Positions 1 to 14,230 of a DNA stretch of 64,000 nt are shown piece after piece. How positions within the stretch are numbered: position 1 is the stretch's first letter; every line of letters starts with the position of its first letter. Origin of the DNA: Octopus bimaculoides (lineage: Eukaryota). The stretch lies in assembly GCF_001194135.2 (NCBI RefSeq), contig NC_068983.1:149458958-149522957 (forward strand), written 5' to 3'. The position numbers and the translations under genes are program-made. The notes under the pieces are model-generated. The model did not search any database. It saw only the letters and a list, made by a program, of their open reading frames with translations, and was not told the origin of the DNA.

Positions 1-352
1 GTATGGTAAGTAGCTTGCTTACCAGCCACATGGTTCTGGGTTCAGTCCCACTACGTGGCACCTTGGGCAAGTGTCTTCTACTATAGCCTCAGGCCAACCA
101 AAGCTTTGTGAGTGGATTTAGAAACTGAAGCCCATCGTATATATATTTATATATATACGTGTATGTGTCTGTGTTTGTGCCCCCCCCCCAACATCACTTG
201 ACAACCGATGGTGTGTCTGCATCCCCATAACTTAGCGGTTCAGCAAAAGAGACCAATAGAATAAGTACCAGGCTTAAGTCCTGGGGTTGATTTGTATGAC
301 TAAAGGCGGTGCTCCAGCATGGCTGCAGTCAAATGACTGAAACAAATGAAAG
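1..352 (+). mobile_element. tRNA-derived SINE, type A (CR1-like tail), cut by the window edge
   Basis: Head ggtaag..cttgct..ccacatggttctgggttcagtccca, central (TA)/(TG) tract, tail ggcggtgctccagcatggctgcagtc. Confidence 0.85.
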
Positions 353-1198
353 AATATATGTGTGTGTGTGTCTGTCTTTTACTGTCTCATTCCTAGTCTC
401 GACATCACGTGTGAGTCACTGTAATATAAGAGTCACTGTAATATAAGCAGTGTCCTTTGTTTCCACTCTTCTGTGGAAACCTGTCTGGTTATGGGAAAAT
501 ATTATCTTCCCTGGAAACATGAGGGTTGATGATGGGAAGGGCACCTGGCTGTAGAACATTTGCCTCAACAAAGTTCCACCTGACTGTGCGAGTAAGGAAA
601 AGTGAACATTAAATTGATGATGATGACAATCTTGGGTTTCTAGAATGGTTTGTATCAGTTACGATGTTGAAACAGCCATAAGCCAGACAAACTGCAGTTT
701 TCATGAAGATACATTCTGATGGATAAACAAATCTCATTCGAGTTAGCTGGAACACAGCAATCTATAGGAGCTAGGCAAGGATTTAAGTGCATGTGTATGA
801 TGTAATTCAAAATGTCATTGAAATCCAAACTGCTGCAATAAAAAGAAGACTTAAATGGGACAGTGTTCAACAAAATATTTTATTTAGTTTAGATTTCAGT
901 AATAGTTTACTAATAAAAATTTTTCATATTGCATTCACTGATTTCAGTTTGTTAATATTTTCAATCTTTGTTGTCTTATATTATATTTTGCCTAAAAATA
1001 CTTCACATTTTATAGAATATCTTGGCAGTTTGATAAAAGTAGTATATAAGGTAGTATTGAAATATTATTTCATACTTGCCAAAAGATGTTGGATATTCTT
1101 TAGAACTACTTAGGCATTCTATACAATACGTTAGTTCCATACAATAGGCTATTCACCTATATAGCAGTTTAACCTGTCATGTTATAGTAAATAACTCC

Positions 1199-1512
1199 TG
1201 GCTGTGTGGTTAAGAAGCTCGCTTTGCAACCATGTGGTTTTAGGCTCAATCTCACTACACAGCACCTTGGGCAAGTGTCTTCTACTATAGCCCTTGGCTG
1301 ACCAAAGCCTTGGGAATGAATTTAGTAAACAAACTATGCAAAAGCCCATCATGTGTGTGTTTGTCCTTATTATTTAGTGGTTCAACAAAAGAGAACTATC
1401 GAATAAATATCAGACTTTAAAAAAATAAGTATTGGGGTCATTTTCTTCAATTAAACTCTTCAAGGCAAATACCCCAGCATAGTCACGGTTCAGTGACTGA
1501 AACAAGTAAAAG
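1199..1512 (+). mobile_element. SINE type A
   Basis: Same head, body and tail as 1-352, more diverged. Confidence 0.8.
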
Positions 1513-3492
1513 GAAACTGATTATCTTGTGTGTTTGTGTGTTTCTGATTTATTGTGGATATTGACTAGTTAAGAAAACGTGCATGATTCTAACTGCTCTG
1601 AAGTTGATGCAACTTAACAAAGTCAAACTGTGATCATTGGTGTTGAGTGTTGGATCCACATGTTCTCTGTATAAGTTATAACACAATTTTGTTTTAGATC
1701 AATGTTAGAAATGCTTTACTGTATAGAATTAATTCGTATGCTCTTTGGTGTGTTTTCATAAACATTTCTATGACAAAAGGAATGGAAATAGTATTATCTA
1801 CACTGAATATTAGAAGTTTGATGATTATGCAATCTACTGTCATTTTTTGAAAAAAAAATTTGTGTAATTCATTAGGCTTGATTAAAGTGACGATACCATC
1901 ACTACAAATCTGTGGCCTTGTACCAGTGTAAGAAATCATTATCACATTTAAGTTATAACTGCACTAGTATCCCGTCTTCAACCTGCTCTTGATTTCATCC
2001 ACATGTGAAGATGCATAGCTTTTTTTTTATGTGATGAGTATGTGCTAGAAAGCTAAAACAAGTGAGAGATGTTAGGGGATTAGATGTTTAAACAATAAAC
2101 AGCTCTCGACATACATGTGGGTGAGTGGGTGGGTATGTGTGTGGAGGGCATTATATCTTAGGTAATTTCAGTTGTATTTGTTTTGTGTGATTTTTTTCCA
2201 ATTTCTTTAACTCTGTTCCACATTTATCATGTCTTTTTGTCACAGCTTTAAACATCCTAGCTATTTATCGGGCACTTTTGTGATTTTTATACCTTAGGTT
2301 ACATCACCCGAATTGTGTTGTGTTCAATGCATACATGTTCAATTCATATATAAACACACACATACACACACACTAAATGCATAGCCTATAAATATGTACT
2401 GCTATCATCACAAATAAACAGGTAAATGTTTTAGAAAATGACATCATCAAATGTTCTGATTAGGTTAAAAAAAAAAGACATAAGAATAAAAAGAATCAAC
2501 AGCAGTAATAACATCCATGAGTCTAAGCATAGGGGAATTGAAAACAGCAGCTGGTTTTCAAAGTTAGGCCAGTGTTGTAATGAAATCATTGATCTGTTGC
2601 TGCTGGTTCGTAGCTAGTCAATCTCTCTTTGCAGGAGCTACTTGATAAGCAGTTGTAGTAGCAGCATAAATATTACCAGTCAGGCTAGAACTACTGTTAC
2701 ACCTCCATATATAAGTAGTAAAACAGAAATAATGACAAGATAATATTGGTCATCATGGTTTGTTTCTGAAGTACTGAGAACAAACAAAAACACCCAGTAT
2801 AGCTGTTAGTTTGATTTTTTTTTCTTCTTCTTCTTCTTTGCTGTTCTCCCTGTTGCTATTGACTAAACTCATTCCGTAGTCACAGCTATCTCAGAAACTA
2901 CTCTGCCCCCCCGCTCTTGCTTTCCTTCTCTTCTGCTAAGGAGGAAGATCATATTAGTGAAACAAGAAAACAGCTAACTAGATATTTTGTTTATTGAAAC
3001 AAATTGCTATCATTCTTGTTTCTTCAAAAATAAAAAAAATAAAGAGGCTGGACTTTATTGCCTTATTTCTTTGTTAAGAATATATTTAAATAGTCAAATG
3101 TTCTGTAAATTTATTTATGCATAGCATAAATTAGCATTGAATAACTTAAAAAAGAATCTATATAGATTTGGTCTTCCCATTTATTGTACTTAGTATTCTG
3201 TTTTGAATTTACTGCTGTAATTTGTCTTTTTTCTGGCATTTAGTCTTAGAATCTGCACAAATTCTGTATCTTTATACATATTCAACACTATCTATCATGT
3301 ATGAGCATTAATCTGAGGTTTATTAGTTGAATACTTAGCATAAAGATTACTAGGGTACATATTTATATACACCAGTCTGGTTACAATAGTGAACAAAATA
3401 TCTGTGTGACAGCTGTTGTTTAGGTTGTTTATCTTTCCATTCATTTGGAATTAACTAATATCAGTGTATCAGGAAATTGTGTAAGTCTTCAC

Positions 3493-3763
3493 ATGGCTGC
3501 TACAAAGCCATCTCGACTGTTTTTATCTGGAGACCATCCTGGAAAGTACCAGCCTTTCTACTTCAGCAATGGAGATACTACCAATGAGGATATGTACCAG
3601 CCAAATGCTGCTTCTTCAGCCACCTATATGAAGTTTCTGCATTTAGTTGATACTCAGTTGTCAGATGATGAACCAAGTTCTTCACCACCACCACCAGCAA
3701 CAATGCAACAACAACCACCACAACCTCCATCTTCGTTGTCTCTTGACAATAAGCAAACAGATG
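3493..3763 (+). CDS. TPD52: TPD52-family gene, long N-terminal coding exon (probable alternative first exon): MAATKPSRLF...SLDNKQTD-G
   Basis: ATG at 3493 lies in the 3445-3897 ORF. It ends at the consensus donor GATG|GTAAGC (3764) in phase 1, matching the phase-1 acceptor at 33086 (G+GA=Gly). The sequence is Pro/Gln/Ser-rich and richer in GC than its flanks. Linkage across a 29-kb intron is inferred. Confidence 0.72.
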
Positions 3764-4768
3764 GTAAGCAAGCTTATTATCTAACTCTGTTTTTATTATT
3801 ACTTTTTTTCATAAATCTCATTCTTGTCTTTACATATATTGAAATTAATAAAAGGCTTGTAGCAAGTGTTGTAGAGCAGGGTAACGCTAGCTCCTAACCA
3901 TGTTGACTTCACAGCCTGGTTAGTCTCAGTTGTGGTCACTTCATCACACTTATGTCACTAATGTTCTTGAAAGGCATGAATGTCACACAATCTCAACTTC
4001 CCCCTTATAAATCTTGGGCTTTGTATCTTGTTAAAAGAAATCTAGAATTTTTTTTTTTATATATATATAACAATTCAACAAATATATTTTTTTATGAAAA
4101 GAAAACATTCTTAAAAATTGTCTTAATACGACCAGAAAATAAAATATAGGAAAGCTTTCACAGAAATTGAAGAAATGGTAACAAATTTTTAACAGAAATT
4201 TTTGTACTAAATTTAGACTTTCATTTATTCATTTCTATTTGCTGTTTAATTTCTTCATGTATAATGGGGTATACGCAGTACAACACATGAGATTAATATT
4301 GGAGTATTTTTTATATTAAATCAAAATCTTTCTAACTACTTATAAATTTTAATTTTGTTGCTTTATCAGGTGATGTCTCAGTTGGCAATTAATTTTTGTT
4401 TTAAATTCTACTTCCAAATAACAATACATATAAAGCTATAATTTATTAGACTAGTCACCAGTGCTCTTTACTAGAAAGGTTCTTTCAAATAAGAAAATAG
4501 GCTGATTCACTTCAGAAATTCAAAAGAAACTAGTGTATTATATCAATAGATAAAAATTATGTAAATAGGTAATGTTGGTTAATTGAGATAATTGACACAT
4601 ATTTTGCTATAAAAATATTGTTTACATACCCACCCCACTCTTAAGGATAACTGTAGTTATAGGAAGACCAGGAGGGAAATTAGCAGATGTTATTGCAAGG
4701 AAAGTGGTATTAGTCAATCCAAAGATCCAATTATTGTTAATGAGACAGCTTCAGATGTAGCTGTAGTA

Positions 4769-4800
<32 letters not shown>

Positions 4801-5393
4801 CCTTTCTACTAGAGGTACAAATCCTGAAATTTTGGGTGAGGGATTAAGCCAATTATATTGACGCCAGTATTCAACTTGTACTTATTCCATCAACCCCAAA
4901 AGGATGACAGGAAAGTCAACCTCGGTGGAATAGTAAGAATAAGAATTTATTTCTGTATTCCCACAAGGACGGTGGTTGAGAAGATGTTAGAGCAGTGTGA
5001 GGGTACAGAAATTGAAAAAATATTACAGGGAGAGGTTGCAAAAAGTGTCGAAGTTTCTACAGAAATAACATGAATAAAGAAAAAGAAAACAATACAAATG
5101 TGTGTTAGAGTGCTTAAGGAGAAAGATTATTAAGTAGTACTAGTCCAGGATCCTCATAGATCCAGGGTTACTTTGACCTCCAAGGTAAAGGCCATCTCCC
5201 AGTTGTCATCTCTTGTCTTGCAGACATGCTGAGAATAGGCCCATTATCATAATGAAAACATACCTTTGTGTGTATTTATTCTGTTAAGTTTTTTTCTTTT
5301 TTTTTTTTTGTCATTTGCTTATTGGTTTATTTGTTGTCTCAAAATTTATTCATTTTTTAAAATATTTTGTGTTAAGTTTGAAAGGGTGGAGAT

Positions 5394-5435
<42 letters not shown>

Positions 5436-6098
5436 TTAATGTCTTCCTTCCATACTGGCATGGGTTGGATGGTTTGACAGAAGCTGGTAAATCAGAAGAT
5501 TTCGCCAAGCTCTACTAATAATTTTGGTAGTAAGAAAAAATTTGTGGTTTATTTAAATATAATTAAAAACTCCTCTTCAAATTACAAATAGTTAATTATT
5601 TTCTTTATTACTATATTGTGTTGAAGAAATACATTGGTTAAGATAATGGACTGTTAGACAATAGTTAATGGGTTAAAACCACGTTAACAGCTTTCACATT
5701 CTACTGTCAAGCAATACAAAAACACTTGATATTTGCATAAATTTGTAAATATCAAAATTTTCAGAATCTTCTCAAATAATGAGGAGTCAAAATAGATAAA
5801 TGTCAAAGTAGGAAATAAATACATTATTTAAAGATTTATTTCTCTAATTTTTAAATGTTTTTTTTTTTCATTACTTTATAGTTTTGAATAATTATGTCAT
5901 AAAATAAAATCTTAATGAAACACTTCAGCTGGAATTTGTTGTCTTCCATTTAAATCTATTGAATGAAATTGCCTTCTATTCTCATAGGACATCTATTCTC
6001 CTGAAAAGAAAGCAATGAGAAATTGGTCATGTTGTATATGCTCTCTAGTTATTGACTTACTTTGTTAAAAAATACAACAAAATAAATCTGTGAATTTA

Positions 6099-6100
<2 letters not shown>

Positions 6101-6129
<29 letters not shown>
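6101..6129. repeat. (AC)n microsatellite
   Basis: Seen directly. Confidence 0.95.
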
Positions 6130-6132
<3 letters not shown>

Positions 6133-9100
6133 TGTGTCATATTATATTCATATAATTACTGACTTGATTTCTAACATTTTTACATGGAATATAAAGAACA
6201 AATGTCAAATTAAAAACTGAAAAGCTGTGAAGTTCACTAGTTTTGCAGAAATATCATGAAGGCAAGCATAATTTATTACAGACAGAGCCAGGTGACAGGG
6301 AAATTCCAAGCTGAGTTAGTGGAACAATGATATAAACAAGACGTAATTTCATATTGTAAGATTTATGGGACACCAGCAATAAATATCATGACGTAACCAC
6401 AGATAAAATGGTGATATCCTGTTGGGCTATAATAAATATATAATATAGCTAATCAGAATTTCTAGATCAACGTACAAAAATTCTAAAGATTGGCACTGTC
6501 TTTATTATACTCACTAAGAAATTTGAGAGACAGATGTGTCATCTGCTTATCATCTTTATGCTTCAAACCTCTTCCAGTGAATTCCCAACTGGGTTTTTTA
6601 TACGGATTCTTGGTTCTCCATACTGAACTAACTGGAAAGCTGTAGATCTTCAAAGATAGGGATATATGTATAAAAATAAGCTAAAAAAGAATTCTTTGGA
6701 AATAAATTAGAATCAACAATTTTATTGCAATATATGAAGTACTTAGAAAAATGTTTAAAGAAATTTGAGAATGATGATTTTGTTCTGGATTTTTCTTGAA
6801 CAAAATTAACAGATAACATTACTCTTTATTATTTATATACTGTAAATATGGTATACCTTCATGTAGCCATCTTTTTTAATTTATATTTGTCTTCTGTTAC
6901 TAAACTATATTAGTGTACTAAAGTTCCTTCAGTTTTCATTGTCTTAAGTAGTTAGTGTTTTGCTCCTTGATAGGACATTCTTTCCTAGATTTTGCTTATG
7001 GGAAGTTTTGAGCTTTGGTTACAAGCTGACAAAACACTCATCAATTAATACATTGTTGTTTAGAATATGAAATTGTATCTCCTTATGGTAACAATTTCCA
7101 GTTAGGCAGACTGAGTTAAGTATTGTTTATTCTAGACCAAGGTAGTAGGAATGATAAAATATATACTGTTGATTATTCAATGTGTAAACAAATATCGTAG
7201 CATCTTAGCCAGCTGTGACTCTGTAGATTTGTGTAATATTTCAAAATTTTAGCTTATTATATTTGCAATAATTACTTCATTTCATATATTACTGTAATCA
7301 TTTCATTTCAACATAAGGTACTTTTAAAGTAGCATTTATAAGTTGATGATCAGGTTTAATAAACATTTCTAATCTTTTAAGAAACTAAATTAGAGTTTGA
7401 GCATGCATATTGCTCAAATAGCTTTCTAGCCCCTGCATTATCTGATGTCTTACAGTGAAAATATTGTTACCAGCTGGTTGAAGAACACCTTCATCTTGTT
7501 AGTCACTCTTTACTTACAAAAATATTTCAGGCAATAGTTTACTCTGAAAAATTTGAACCAGTCTATGAAATATGGTTCTTATGTTTAGACTGCATTATGC
7601 TTTGTTTATTTATCATTTATATCAACTATTATTTTATACATGCTTACATTCTTGTACCCTGGAAAGGTTTAAAAATGTAATTATTAACTTGTAACGAAAT
7701 ACTCTTGAAGGACAGATGAATGTTGACAAATTAATGTTGGTAAAAAGTTATATGATACCTTCAAGTAATGTATGTCACTTCTTTTATAAAAACTACAGAA
7801 AAATAAGTTGTTAAATCCTCTCAAGTTTATATAGTTCATAGAAGACTTACACGGCTCCAAAAGTGATGAGGGTTATATTGTCTCAGAGAAAAATGTTGTC
7901 ACAATGGATATGTTTGAAAAAGCATAAATGTTTAAAATATTTCTGTTTCCAATAATGTATAACAAATGGAACATTTCAGATAGGTTATCCCTTACATGTT
8001 CCAATAAATAAATATTTCCTAATTTATCTTGATCATGTTGGGATTTCCACTTGTCCATATGCTTTGCAAACTTGGTTTATAGTGTCTGGATTGAATCTTG
8101 TAAAGGTTATAATTTCAGTGTAAATTGATCTCTATTGGTGTAATATTCTTTCATAACTACTCTGTAATAGACTACTAATAAACAGGCTAGATGGCATGTT
8201 CCTTCCTGCAGCAGTTACAATAGTGAACACAAAAATCAGTTTTGGGTTAGTTCAAAGTTACGGTTTTATGTACTTTATATAATTAACATATTTTCTATGA
8301 CGCACATAAAACCATTAGCAAAATCAAGGTCAACTGTTATTTGTTTAATCTTGGTTTAATTAAAATTTATTTGGTCCAAGATCACAAGACCATTTTTGTT
8401 AGCTTTTTCTAATGGTACATTAACTGTCTATAGAAACCAACTCTAAGTGAGATTTGTTACTACCAGGATTTGAACAAAAGGTTGTTTGTAATGATCACCA
8501 ATCAGGTTTTCACTCTATAGCTCTGTATTTTCTCACACCTTGTTCCTTTCCTTTGAGTTCATTTAATGATATCTGTCAAAACCTTTATTCCCACTTGTCT
8601 GCTATCTCTTGGCATGTTTATTTATCATGCATGACCTCTTTCTCTTTATTTTAGACTTTATTTGATAGACTCCTTTCATAATTTTGGAACATCATAGAGG
8701 TGGGGGTGGGGGTTGTGCTATGTTTGGCTAAAGGGTTAATTAGCTGCATACTGTATCAGAGTATCAATAAAATGCATGTCACAATGAGTTAGTATAAGTT
8801 AAAAAAATATATTAAGATATACAAATAGAATTAATAGCAATGATGATCAACAGATGTTATCCAGCAAAAGATACTAACTGAATACATTGGCTTGCCATAT
8901 GGTAAATATATTTTATATGGTAATTATTAAATATTTAGAAAATTTTGAAGCTACATCAATAGCGTAGTCAACTGAAAAATAAACATATATTGGTTTCAAA
9001 TTTTGGCACAAGGCCAGTAGAGGTAAGTTGATTACATTGACCTTAGTGTCCAACTGGCACTTATTTTATCAACCCTGAAAGGATGAAAAGCAGAGTCAAC

Positions 9101-9440
9101 CCCAACAGTATTTGAACTCTACTTGTTATAATGTTAACAGGCATGTGTGTATAAGTTTGATATAAAAATGTATCAGATGTGAAAACTATAACTTCCAATG
9201 TCTAAACTTTGACTAGTGTGTCATGTCGGGTAGTGCAGTTTACTGGTTTCAGATGCAAAATAAGAAGTAATAGTATCTTATGATGATTTTTTTTTAATAT
9301 TTTGAATGAAATTTATTAATTAGATCTTACAGTTCTTTATCTGAGAAATTTTGAACTGACTTTCATTGAATTGTTTCTTGGATATATAAATTAGATTTCT
9401 TGTAAATTATATAGGGTTAATTCAAAGAGAATATTATATT

Positions 9441-9695
9441 ATCATCATCATCATTTAACGTCCGCTTTCCATGCTAGCATGGGTTGGATGATTTGACTGA
9501 GGACTGGTGAACCAGGTGGCTACACCAGGCTCCAATCTGATTTGGCAGAGTTTCTACAGCTGGATGCCCTTCCTAACACCAACCACTCCGCGAGTGTAGT
9601 CGGTGCTTTTACGTGCCACCGGCACGAAGGCCAGTCAGGCGGTACTGACAACGGCCACGCTCGAAATGGTGTATTTTATGTGCCACCTGCACCTT
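9441..9695 (-). mobile_element. RTE 3'-tail copy (truncated LINE or RTE-derived SINE)
   Basis: Nearly identical to the 3' end of the RTE at 35715-35960. Confidence 0.85.
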
Positions 9696-9886
9696 ACGCA
9701 CCATGCTTGATGTAAACTCCAAATAAAACTGTGAATGAAGTGTTAATCTAACTCATGAATTTTTAGTTTGTATCCATCTTTTGCAATTATTTTCTTATAT
9801 CAGTGAACAAGTCACTTAACTCTTTTTACATCAGTTTAAAAAGCATTCAGAAATAGATATCAGATTTTCTGGTAATGTTCACACAG

Positions 9887-10205
9887 GTATGGCTGTATGT
9901 CTTTTATAACCTTGGGTTGGTCAAAGCCTTGTGAGTGGATTTGGTAGACAATGTGTGTGTGTATTCTTGTCTTCACATTGCTTGTTGATTGTAAATGAGC
10001 ATCATTGCCATGTCATACAAGCAGTGTTGTTCATTTTTTGTTCATCCTTCATAAAAAACATGTATGGCTATGGAGAAAATATTACCTTGCTTGAAAACAG
10101 TTGAGGGCTGGCAACAGAAAGGACATCCAGCCATAGAAAATCTGCCTCAACAAATTCCATCTAACTCATGCAAGCATGAAAAAGTGGACATTAACTGATG
10201 TTACT
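9887..10205 (+). mobile_element. SINE type F (same head family, RTE-like (GAT)n tail)
   Basis: Body atattaccttgcttgaaaacag...gaaaatctgcctcaac...gcatgaaaaagtggacatta. Confidence 0.7.
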
Positions 10206-10844
10206 TGTACAATGCTGATATTCTGTTAGAGGGTAGAATTTAACTTTTCTTCACTGTTGTGTCTACAGCTCACAAGATTTGTGAACCTCAGGAACCTTTA
10301 GAGGATATTCTTTCTTGTCTTTATATTAATAGACAACCAAAATGTAACTTTTGTTTTTAAAATATGCAAATAAAATAAAAAAAGATAAACTTGCAATCAT
10401 GCAACTAAAAGCACAATTTAAAATCTAGCTGTTTTCATGGTTGTTTTTCATGTCAGGACTACATCAATAATCCTTAATTCTGTTCGGAATTATTTTCTAA
10501 AACTAAATTTGGCAATGGTGGTTTTGTGGATATTATAATTGCTACTGCTGCTTCATGTTCGTCAGTGTAGGCCATCTGTCTTTTCATACATAATATTCTG
10601 ATTATTTCTATATATTTGTCTTGCTCTAATGCAAACTATTACTTGGACAGTCTGTTCATTGTGCTATTCTTAACATAAAGATTTTTGGTGCTACTTTAGC
10701 ATATTGTCTACCACAGTAGCCATAGTCTGTGTGGTGAAACGACCTGCCCTGGGTTAGGTTTTAGAATTAGGAATAGGGTTAGACTGCATGCTAAAGTGTA
10801 GATAGCCAGGTTGACCACACATTAAAGTAGCACCAAAATATCCT

Positions 10845-10937
10845 GTTGCCATCCGGTTTCACCAGTCCTCAGTCAAATCGTCCAACCCATGCTAGCATGG
10901 AAAGCGGACGTTAAACGATGATGATGATGATGATGAT
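10845..10937 (+). mobile_element. Short RTE 3'-tail copy
   Basis: caccagtcctcagtcaaatcgtccaacccatgctagcatggaaagcggacgttaaac(gat)n. Confidence 0.85.
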
Positions 10938-11130
10938 TGTAGACTGGCAAGAAAAGTATGACACAGGACAAAATGCCTGAGAGTTCTTTCACAAAGATAC
11001 ATTTAGTGTTCAAATCTTGTTGAAGTCAGTTTTACTCTTTATTCCTGCAGGATTGATAAAAGAAATATCTATTATGTACTGGGTTGATTGAACATTCTAC
11101 ATATATGTCCCAAAACGTCTCCCAAAAAGT

Positions 11131-11175
<45 letters not shown>
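11131..11175. repeat. (TAG)n microsatellite
   Basis: Seen directly. Confidence 0.95.
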
Positions 11176-14100
11176 ACTTGTGTTTCCCATCTTGATCCTT
11201 TACATCTGTGTTATTTGTTTTTTTTTGTCCACTAATCTACCAAATGAAATTCATTAAGAATTTTTTTTTTATTCTTCAGTTTTTCAGTTATGTATTTTTA
11301 CAATCACTTATTCACCCATGTGAAATGTACGTGTATGCATACATATGTGCACTTTTATCAACATATGTACGTTCAAAGATATTTACAAAATACAATGATA
11401 TATTATTGATATATGCACATGTATTTGTGTTTCTTTACACATATACATATACGCACACAAAGACACATAGCTACTGCTGGCCTACCTGAAAGGGTTCTGC
11501 TCAAGATATAAGTATTTCTCAGCAGGACATCTTCCAAAGTTCTTTTGAAATAGGATTGTTTGGGGAGTGATTCTATTCTTTTGGGCATTTTTTTTCTCCT
11601 TGGTACACCACACACATAGCTTTTATGTTTGACTACATTTCAAAAGCTTTCAACCCTCCCCATCCCAACTTTGTAATAGAGTAGTCTTTGATTACAATGA
11701 TTTTATTTATTGACATATCAGGGTAGTGGATAAATAAGATCTAATTATTCAAAGAGCATTGTTTATTCTTGTCTTTCACACTGTCTCCCAAGTCATCTAT
11801 ATTTTCCCCCTCTCCACTTCCTCTAATATTTCTCCCAAACATCAACCTAGAAATTCTTTCCTATTCACATTTTTTCTGCAGATGTTTACTAATATTCAAC
11901 CTAAACATTTACCATATCAATTTCACCAGTCTTGGAAAGGCTACAAAAGTCATGGCCTTTCCTCTTCTTTCTGACAAAAACCTTCAAAACATTTTTCTTT
12001 TAATTTAAGGACCTCTGGTCTTTTTAATATCCTAATAATGATTTCAGTAGAAAAGCATCCAAATAAAATACTTTTCACTTTTGACTCGGTAAAACACTTT
12101 TTTTCCAACAAAGTAGTTGATGAAATGTAATCCAGTTTATTATGAACAGTTATTTTATGTAAAACCTTGGGATTTGCATTCAAAATAGTAGTGTATTTGA
12201 GTAACTGGAGGAGTGAATGTTATCACATTTAATACACGAAGCATTTAAAATCCAAATTAAAAATCAATCTCTCTCTATATATATATCATGTTCCAAGGAG
12301 ACTGAGAAAAATTGACTCTATTTTACTCCGTTTGATCATTCTTTCTACATCTTGGCAGACAATGAGTTGTGGTTTGAGAGAGAGATTTAACTGCTATTTC
12401 TCAAAATGCAAACCTCCCCTGTGAGATGGCAACTAATAATATGGTTTTGTGAGTTTTCACTTTGAAGCTTATAAATATAGAAAGCAGACATGTATATAGA
12501 AGTAATTCATATTTATATAGAGAGATTTATGTGTATCTATGCACATATACAGGAACGAAATCTATAGTCCATTCATGTTCCATTAGAAAGGCCAAGATAT
12601 TATTCAAAATGGAAAACAGCATAAATTATGTCTAACATTATGCTTTTATGTTTAACCTGACCTTAGATTATAAATCTCTTTCATTGCTATGTCATATTAG
12701 TTTACTATTTCTTGTGAAGAATTATTTTAATTATGAAATATTCACATTCTACTTTATAATATCTTTTGGATTTTGAGAGCTAAGAAGGGTATTTCGACAG
12801 TTTATAAACATGCTCAATATAGCCTCAACATCTTTGTCTTTATGAAGATATTCATCTATTGTAAACTTTAAATTTTACAGCACAATTAGGTCTGAATGGT
12901 GTATCTACAAGACCTGTTGAATAATATAATTTACTATACCGCTTTCCAAAAATTTGTGACCTTGATTTTATAATTAATCTTATTATTGTTTGGTAGATTT
13001 GCATTTTCTGATATTAATTTTAGATTTTAGGATACTTAAAGAAAAACAGGAACCATAGCATAAGAGATGCTTTTAACTTACCGTAGATACTTGTAAATAA
13101 GTTGTGATTTTCCACTCTAAAAATACATGAAAAAAATGCATGTGACTTATTTATTGAATTTTATCATTAACATACACGTATAATTGAGTATGTCAGGTAG
13201 TTTGGCCATATAACTAATTAGTCTATATGAATATTGGTATTGCTAACAAATATATGTTAATGACATCATGTATGAAAATATAAATTATTGCTTCGGTAGA
13301 ATATAATTTCACTATAAATATGAGACTACATATTATTACATGTCTGTAATTATATGTTGTCTCACGAATTTATATATGGATAGCTTCCATATGTGGTCAA
13401 ACAATTGGTACCCTTAATGTATGCATATTGTCGATCTATCAGGACTGATTATTTAAAAGTACCATTTGATTTATTTGTTCCAGGTGTAGATCATAGAAAC
13501 ACAATATGTTATACTTATGGTTCTGGTACTTTCCTAGACAATATTAACAATAATTAAGATTATTTTGACCTTTTTTTTTTTTTTTTAAGGCAATTATAAG
13601 TTAAATTACAAACAGTATTTACAGAAAGCAACAACTGTCTTATGAAAAGCTGAAAGGATAAAGCCAAAATATTCTAAATGCAAATGGGGTACATCTTATT
13701 TATTAATGATTCCTAAATGTGTGTATATCTCATCATCATCATCATCATCTGCCTTCCATGCTGGCATAGTAGTTTTCAAAATAATCTTCATTAAAAGTTG
13801 TAACTACTAACAATAACAATTGCAAGCATGTTACTTTAAAAATAAAGGAATAATGTATAAATCTGAAAATGAAAAGCAATTAGAAAACACTACCATTCAG
13901 TAGTTATTTCTTATATTGGTACAAGATCACAGTACTTATTTTATTAATCCTGGAGGGATGAAAGGCAAAATTGACCCTAGTATTTTCTGGTTCTGACAAT
14001 TATGCCACTCAATAAAATTTAGGGGGATTTATGTCACAGAGTATGCAATCTCCAAATTGCTAAAAGTGCAGTTTCAAACTCTAATAACTGTATGATAAAT

Positions 14101-14230
14101 GCAACTTTTCATTACCACCTTATAATACTGTCTGATCATGATGAAACCAATACCAAATATAACTTTCACCAAACAAAGTGTGTTACCACACAGCCATGCC
14201 TCATCTTGCACACTTTGTTTGGTGAAAGTT

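Noticed and set aside
413-446. 17-bp tandem duplication gagtcactgtaatataa x2
   Set aside because: Ordinary slippage inside a SINE.
787-1113. 108-aa ORF
   Set aside because: AT-rich F/I/L/K-biased translation with no motif and no compatible splice context.
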